A stretch of 64,000 bases of DNA from Deltaproteobacteria bacterium. GTDB lineage: Bacteria; Myxococcota_A; UBA9160; SMWR01. The number at the start of each line of letters is the position of its first letter. Position 1 is the first letter of the stretch. A model generated the notes under the pieces. That model was not told the DNA's origin. It did no database searches and saw only the letters and a list, made by a program, of their open reading frames with translations. The position numbers were made by a program, and so were the translations under genes. This document shows, piece after piece, positions 58,800 to 64,000 of this stretch. The stretch spans positions 1 through 64,000 of the forward strand of contig JAQBGU010000183.1 of NCBI GenBank assembly GCA_032128375.1, read 5' to 3'.

Positions 58800-59015
58800 A
58801 TGAAGGAATGGAATATCGATTCAGAGATAGTTCGATCAGTATGCCGCGTGATAATGACCGGGATCGCGGCTTGGGCGCTGATCTCCTTCGAGATGACCGG
58901 AGATGGAAAATTCAGCATCAAGCGCAACCACGCGGCTGCTGAACCGGCAACATCGTCCTGCCAAGAAGCAGAATTTTCGGGAGACCACGGCGCGGTGAGT
59001 AGCGGAGGCGGTTAG
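58800..59015 (+). CDS. Possible small single-TM protein
   Basis: Strong GAGGAGG RBS and one hydrophobic stretch; no recognised motif. Confidence 0.3.
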   Translation: MKEWNIDSEIVRSVCRVIMTGIAAWALISFEMTGDGKFSIKRNHAAAEPATSSCQEAEFSGDHGAVSSGGG

Positions 59016-59051
59016 GCGTACCAGCACGGGGCCCATCAATCAGGAGAGAGC

Positions 59052-60047
59052 ATGGCGATTCGAGTCGGCATCAACGGTTTTGGTCGCATCGGGCGGCTGT
59101 TTTTCAGGGCTTCCCGCGGCAAGAACATCGAAGTCGTCGGGATCAACGATCTGACCGACGCAAAAACCCTGGCGCATCTGTTGAAGCACGACTCGATCCA
59201 CGGTCGCTTTGCCGGAACCGTAGAAGCCGGTGAAAATGAGATCATCGTTGATGGCGTATCGATTCCGATCTGCTCCGAGCGGGACCCGGCCAACTTGCCG
59301 TGGAGCAAGCTCGGCGCGACCATTGTCATCGAATCCACGGGCCTCTTCGTCCACCGTGAGGGCGCCTCGAAGCACCTCGCCGCCGGCGCCGAGCGGGTCA
59401 TCATCAGTGCGCCCGCGAAAGACCCCGATGTCACGATCGTACTCGGCGTCAACACTGACGCCTACGATCCAGCCAAACACAAGATCGTCTCGAACGCATC
59501 GTGCACAACCAATTGTCTGGGCCCCATCGCGAAGGTTCTGCACGACGAATACGGGATCGAGGGCGGCTGGATGACGACAATCCATGCTTACACCAACGAT
59601 CAGGTCACACAGGACTCTCCGCACAGCGATTTGCGCCGAGCGCGTGCCGCGGCGGTGTCGATGATTCCCACCAGCACCGGTGCTGCGAAAGCCATCGGGT
59701 TGGTCATGCCCGAACTCGCGGGACGGCTGGATGGCTACGCGATGCGCGTTCCGACCTCGGACGTCTCGATCGTCGATCTCAGCGTCAAGCTGCGCAAATC
59801 GACCGACGCGGCATCGATCAATGCGGCGATGAAGGCCGCCGCAGATGGGCCGTTGAAGGGAATCCTCGAGTATTGCGACGAGCCGCTGGTATCGATCGAC
59901 TTTCTCGGCAACCCGCACTCGTCCATCCTGGATGCGGACAACACACGCGTGATGGACGGAAACTTCGCAAAGGTGCTCTCTTGGTACGACAATGAGATGG
60001 GCTACTCGTCGCGCGTGGTCGACCTGGCGCTCTTGATGGGCAGCTAG
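59052..60047 (+). CDS. gap: Glyceraldehyde-3-phosphate dehydrogenase
   Basis: GINGFGRIGR, ASCTTNC, WYDNE. Confidence 0.98.
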   Translation: MAIRVGINGFGRIGRLFFRASRGKNIEVVGINDLTDAKTLAHLLKHDSIHGRFAGTVEAGENEIIVDGVSIPICSERDPANLPWSKLGATIVIESTGLFVHREGASKHLAAGAERVIISAPAKDPDVTIVLGVNTDAYDPAKHKIVSNASCTTNCLGPIAKVLHDEYGIEGGWMTTIHAYTNDQVTQDSPHSDLRRARAAAVSMIPTSTGAAKAIGLVMPELAGRLDGYAMRVPTSDVSIVDLSVKLRKSTDAASINAAMKAAADGPLKGILEYCDEPLVSIDFLGNPHSSILDADNTRVMDGNFAKVLSWYDNEMGYSSRVVDLALLMGS

Positions 60048-60109
60048 TGTTGGCGCGACTCCCCACGCTCGCTGCCCAGCGAGCTTCCGGGACAGGACAC
60101 TAGCGCCAC

Positions 60110-61306
60110 ATGGCCATTCGAGAGCTCAACCGCCTTCTCACGGAGGGCGTGCGCGGTGATCGCGTATTCGTTCGGGCCGACCTCAACGTTCCGCTCGACG
60201 CTGGCGAGGTCGCGGACGACACGCGGCTGATCGCGTCGCTGCCAACATTGCATCGTCTACTCGAGGCGGGAGCCCGCGTGGTCGTCGCGTCGCATCTGGG
60301 GCGCCCGAAGGGCCGACGCGTACCCGAACTGTCACTTCGGCCAGTCGCTTCGCGGCTAGCCCGGTTACTCGGTACCGGCGTGTCCTTTTGCGAAGACTGC
60401 GTTGGCGATCTGGCGCGCGCCGCAATCGACGAACTCGGCGAAGGACAACTCCTGGTGTTGGAGAACCTGCGCTTTCACGAAGCGGAGGAGCAAAACGACC
60501 CGGACTTCGCCAAGGCGTTGGCACAACTGGTCGATGTCTACGTCAATGATGCATTCGGTACTGCCCACCGCGCGCACGCGTCGACGGTCGGGATGGTTGC
60601 TTGGGTTCCGCGCGTCGCCGCGGGAGAGTTATTGGCTAGCGAACTCGAACATCTGCGCGTCGTGTTGGAGCCCGTCCGCCCGCTGATGGTCATTCTGGGC
60701 GGCGCCAAGGTCTCCGACAAGCTGGCCGTATTGGAGGCTCTTGCGCCGCACGCCGACATCCTCGCGATCGGCGGTGCGATGGCATACACATTCATGGCCG
60801 CACACGGAACAGCCATCGGCAACTCACGGGTCGAACCCGACCGCTTCGACGACGCGCTGGCTGTCGAGCGCGCAGTACACGATGCAGGCCGCCAGTTGTT
60901 GCTGCCGACTGACCACATCGTGGCCCAGCGCCTGGAGGCCGGTGCGCCGTGGCGGGTGAGCAGACAGATCCCCGAAGGACACCTCGGAGTGGACATCGGC
61001 CCGGAAACTGCGCGGCGATACGCCGAAATGGCCGGGCGCGCCAACACGATCTTCTGGAACGGCCCGATGGGCGTATTTGAAATCGACGCATTTGCGCAAG
61101 GAACCAGGACGCTGGCGACGGCAGTGGCAGCGGCGGATGCCGTCAGCGTGGTTGGAGGCGGCGACTCGCTCGCGGCCATCAACCGGCTGAAGCTTGGAAG
61201 CCAGATCAGTCATATGTCGACCGGCGGAGGCGCTTCGCTCGAGTACGTTCAAGGCCTCGCCCTGCCCGGTGTCAGCGTACTAGAACAAGTCCCCTCGGAG
61301 CGATAA
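60110..61306 (+). CDS. pgk: Phosphoglycerate kinase
   Basis: RADLNVP, SHLGRP, NDAFGTAHR, WNGPMGVFE, STGGGASLE. Confidence 0.98.
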   Translation: MAIRELNRLLTEGVRGDRVFVRADLNVPLDAGEVADDTRLIASLPTLHRLLEAGARVVVASHLGRPKGRRVPELSLRPVASRLARLLGTGVSFCEDCVGDLARAAIDELGEGQLLVLENLRFHEAEEQNDPDFAKALAQLVDVYVNDAFGTAHRAHASTVGMVAWVPRVAAGELLASELEHLRVVLEPVRPLMVILGGAKVSDKLAVLEALAPHADILAIGGAMAYTFMAAHGTAIGNSRVEPDRFDDALAVERAVHDAGRQLLLPTDHIVAQRLEAGAPWRVSRQIPEGHLGVDIGPETARRYAEMAGRANTIFWNGPMGVFEIDAFAQGTRTLATAVAAADAVSVVGGGDSLAAINRLKLGSQISHMSTGGGASLEYVQGLALPGVSVLEQVPSER

Positions 61307-61308
61307 CC

Positions 61309-62070
61309 ATGCGTAGACCGATTCTCGCCGCCAACTGGAAGATGCAAACGACGACCGCCCAAGCGATCGCCTTTGCAGAAACCTTCATCCCGCTCGTCGC
61401 CGATTCGGATGTGGATATCGTGATCGCCCCGCCGTTCACCGCGCTCGACCGATTGGGCAGCAGACTTGCAGGCACCGCGATCTCGCTGGCCGCACAGAAC
61501 GTCAACCCCTGCGACAGGGGGGCGTTCACCGGAGAAATCGCGCCCGGCATGTTGGTCGATTTGGGCTGCGCGTATGCAATCGTCGGCCACAGTGAACGCC
61601 GCGCGCTGTACGCTGAAACCGATGCGCTGGTGAGCCAGAAAGCGGCGGCATTGTTGGCCAGCGACATCCGTCCGATCGTCTGCGTCGGCGAAACACTGGC
61701 GCAGCGCGATGCCGGAACGGCCCTGAACGTGGTCGCAGAGCAATTGGCTGGCAGCCTCAACGATGTCCCCAAAGAGCGCGCCGCTGACATCGTCATCGCC
61801 TACGAGCCGGTCTGGGCTATCGGCACTGGCCGAACCGCCACGCCGCAGATCGCTCAGGAAGTTCACGCGTCGATCCGTTCCGTGTTGGGGCGGCTGTTTG
61901 GAGCGGTCGCAGCAGACATCCGAATCCAATACGGGGGGTCCGTGAAGCCCGAAACCGTGTACGATCTCATGAATCAGTCGGACATCGATGGAGCGTTGGT
62001 CGGGGGTGCGAGTCTCGACCCCGTGGCGTTTTCGCGCATCGTCCGCTTCGAGCGAGAAGGTTCCCAGTGA
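61309..62070 (+). CDS. tpiA: Triosephosphate isomerase
   Basis: NWKM, GHSERR, AYEPVWAIGTG, YGGSV, LVGGAS. Confidence 0.98.
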   Translation: MRRPILAANWKMQTTTAQAIAFAETFIPLVADSDVDIVIAPPFTALDRLGSRLAGTAISLAAQNVNPCDRGAFTGEIAPGMLVDLGCAYAIVGHSERRALYAETDALVSQKAAALLASDIRPIVCVGETLAQRDAGTALNVVAEQLAGSLNDVPKERAADIVIAYEPVWAIGTGRTATPQIAQEVHASIRSVLGRLFGAVAADIRIQYGGSVKPETVYDLMNQSDIDGALVGGASLDPVAFSRIVRFEREGSQ

Positions 62071-62516
62071 CTATTGCATTGACAGTTCTCCACATCCTCG
62101 CGTGCATCGTGCTGATTACCGTCGTACTGTTACAGCGCGGCAAGGGCGCCGAGATGGGCGCAGTATTCGGCGGCGGCGCGAGTTCCACTGTGTTCGGCAG
62201 CCGCGGAGCTGGCAACTTCCTGACCAAGCTGACAACCGGCTGCGCAGTGGTCTTCATGCTGACGAGCCTCTCGCTGTCCTACATCGGCACCCAGAACGCG
62301 GGCGACCAACTGTTTGTAGACGGCGTGATCGAGGCGCAGCCGGACGAGAGCGAGGATTCTCCGTTCGAGCAACTGGGAACAGTCGAGCCCGAACAAGCGA
62401 GCGATCTGACCGATAGCCCGAATGATTCTCTCACCGATGCCGCGGCCGAGGCCGCCCCGTCCGGTGAAGCCGGCGGCCTTGATCCGACTGCAGATCGGGG
62501 CAACGGGGCAGAGTAA
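62067..62516 (+). CDS. secG: Preprotein translocase subunit SecG
   Basis: LLQRGKGAEMGAVFGGG...FLTKLT; follows tpiA. Confidence 0.95.
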   Translation: MTIALTVLHILACIVLITVVLLQRGKGAEMGAVFGGGASSTVFGSRGAGNFLTKLTTGCAVVFMLTSLSLSYIGTQNAGDQLFVDGVIEAQPDESEDSPFEQLGTVEPEQASDLTDSPNDSLTDAAAEAAPSGEAGGLDPTADRGNGAE

Positions 62517-62527
62517 ACAGCAACGGA

Positions 62528-62555
62528 TTGTCACGGGTCCAGCGTTCGGTATTCT
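62528..62555 (+). promoter_or_regulatory. Putative sigma70 promoter for tRNA-Leu
   Basis: TTGTCA-N16-TATTCT. Confidence 0.5.
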
Positions 62556-62572
62556 GGGCCCGCTGCTAGCGT

Positions 62573-62660
62573 GCGGCAGTGGCGGAATCTGGTAGACGCA
62601 CCAGCTTGAGGGGCTGGCGGGGGCAACCTCGTGGAGGTTCGAATCCTCTCTGCCGCACCA
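62573..62660 (+). tRNA. tRNA-Leu(GAG)
   Basis: Acceptor GCGGCAG/CTGCCGC, CCAGC-TTGAGGG-GCTGG, GGTTCGAAT, CCA; classic position after secG. Confidence 0.96.
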
Positions 62661-62675
62661 TTTTCCGGGCCCGCG

Positions 62676-62715
62676 TCGTCCACTGGACACAAGGCTCGTG
62701 ACGTCCAGTGGACGA
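62676..62715. repeat. Perfect 13-bp inverted repeat after tRNA
   Basis: TCGTCCACTGGAC-N14-GTCCAGTGGACGA. Confidence 0.75.
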
Positions 62716-62957
62716 AACCCGTGGACCTCGATTGGAGCGTAGGTTCCGCCCAATGCGTTCGCCCAGATGCCGTCGCCAACCGCTCTGAGAAAAAGACTCT
62801 CAGGGTTCGGATGGTTGGCCGCATGATCGGGTGGATTCAGAGAATCCGTCGTTGTGTCCGCGAAGCGATGGTCGGCGCGAGATTCGGCCCTTTCGAGTCG
62901 CTGCGTTAGCCTGGTCGGGTTGCTGGGCTCGGCGCTCGCAGACGATGGAGTTGTAGG

Positions 62958-63719
62958 TTGAAATCGATCAGAGGGCTTGGCCCGTTGCTGGCGCTGCTGT
63001 TCAGCTCTCCGGCTGTCGCTCAGTCGGTCCCGAATGTGCTGGGGCTCTACCAGGGTTTCAGCGCAATCACCCTGTGGGGCTGCACCAACCCCTCTGACAG
63101 CAAGACCACGTCCGGCACGGGGTGGATCAACATTGCGCAACAAACCGGAAGCTCTTTTGCGGGTGACGCCGAATTCAGCACGCTGGTGGAAGGCACTTCA
63201 GTCAGCGAACTGATGAGTGTATCGGGGACCGTGACCGTGGGCGGATCGCTGAGCGGCACCGCTTCCAGCCAGGGGAGCGTCGGCGGAGCCCCCTCGGGCA
63301 GCAGACAGGCCGACTTTTCGGGAACCTTCACGCAGGCTGGCATCGAGATCCAGTTTCCCGGAGGCCCAGTCGGAATCGACAGCTGCACGCACAGCGGTGC
63401 GCGCATCTCTGTTACCCGTTGTGGAAACGGAGTCGTCGATGGAAGCGAACAGTGCGACGACGCCAACCGGTTCAGCGAGGACGGCTGTTCGTCCGAGTGC
63501 ATCACAGAATTTTGCGGAGACAGCATCGTACAGCAAGGACTCGGCGAGGTGTGTGACGATGGCAACCAGCACCCCGGCGATGATTGCGAGCCCGGTTGCA
63601 TGATGATCCCCGAACCCGACACGACGCTGTTTCGGCTCGCGGGCGTTTTGGTACTCGGGTTGATGCAGCGACGCCGAATCGCGACTGGGCGCATTCGTGT
63701 GTCGTCTCGAGGAGCGTGA
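62958..63719 (+). CDS. Secreted protein with Myxococcus Cys-rich repeats (DUF4215) and PEP-CTERM tail
   Basis: Signal peptide, CGNGVVD..EQCDD.N...DGC x2, IPEP-TM-RRR. Confidence 0.85.
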   Translation: MKSIRGLGPLLALLFSSPAVAQSVPNVLGLYQGFSAITLWGCTNPSDSKTTSGTGWINIAQQTGSSFAGDAEFSTLVEGTSVSELMSVSGTVTVGGSLSGTASSQGSVGGAPSGSRQADFSGTFTQAGIEIQFPGGPVGIDSCTHSGARISVTRCGNGVVDGSEQCDDANRFSEDGCSSECITEFCGDSIVQQGLGEVCDDGNQHPGDDCEPGCMMIPEPDTTLFRLAGVLVLGLMQRRRIATGRIRVSSRGA

Positions 63720-63749
63720 GGGTGGTCTGACTCGCGCGTCGGCGGGTTA

Positions 63750-64000
63750 CACGATCGTCCATCCGCTCCTCAGTCGCGGCAATCACCTCGGTGACGCCCG
63801 CATTGTTGACCAGACCGTCGAGTCTTCCGAACTGTCCAGGGTCTGATCGACGAGCGCATGGACAGCCTCGCGATCGGACACGTCACAGGCGACCGGCAGG
63901 ACTTCGACGCCCTTCGCGCGCAATTCGACGGCGAGCTTCTCCAGCCGGTCCGTCCGCCGTGCAGCGATCACGACATTGGCCCCGGCCACCGCAAGCCCCG
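63750..64000 (-). pseudogene. Frameshifted and truncated SDR oxidoreductase
   Basis: GANVVIAARR...CDVSD, then FGRLDGLVNNAG in another frame (shift near 63830); no YxxxK follows. Confidence 0.75.

Noticed and set aside
58505..59040. pdxJ or a structured RNA between acpS and gap
   Set aside because: No pdxJ motifs in the frames examined and no convincing structure; only a weak small ORF

Overview
A GC-rich, gene-dense bacterial chromosome segment, most likely from a Myxococcota/deltaproteobacterium-like organism. This is inferred from RomR-like, MglA-like, sigma54 activator, Myxococcus Cys-rich repeat and PEP-CTERM proteins. Most of it is core genome: nfeD/slipin, coaBC, a phosphohexomutase, coaD, rsmD, a peptidoglycan turnover/recycling cluster (SLT, dacB, spmAB fusion, amgK, murU, MBL hydrolase, anmK), a GT4/methyltransferase cluster, two divergent sigma54 activators, fliA, PP2C, romR-nadC-birA-coaX-fusA2, ald, sat, mec, rrf2, an MrfA-MrfB fusion helicase, lon, gpgS-like, PilZ, dinB-like, acpS, gap-pgk-tpiA-secG and two tRNA-Leu genes. 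I saw no CRISPR array, integrase or transposase. The best candidates for undescribed biology are: (1) a translationally coupled helical-repeat protein / MglA paralogue (natural G21E, R53P, Q82A) / multi-GAF degenerate GGDEF with an intact I-site, near romR; (2) a MurNAc recycling cluster lacking MupP and AmpG but containing an MBL hydrolase and an SpmAB fusion as candidate replacements; (3) a membrane-anchored coiled-coil protein ending in a RelE/ParE-like domain; (4) a DinB lacking catalytic acidic residues but keeping the clamp motif; (5) a long rod-like RNA structure ahead of an XRE regulator; (6) pervasive short tandem duplications at gene boundaries. All family assignments come from motif recognition by eye, not from database searches.
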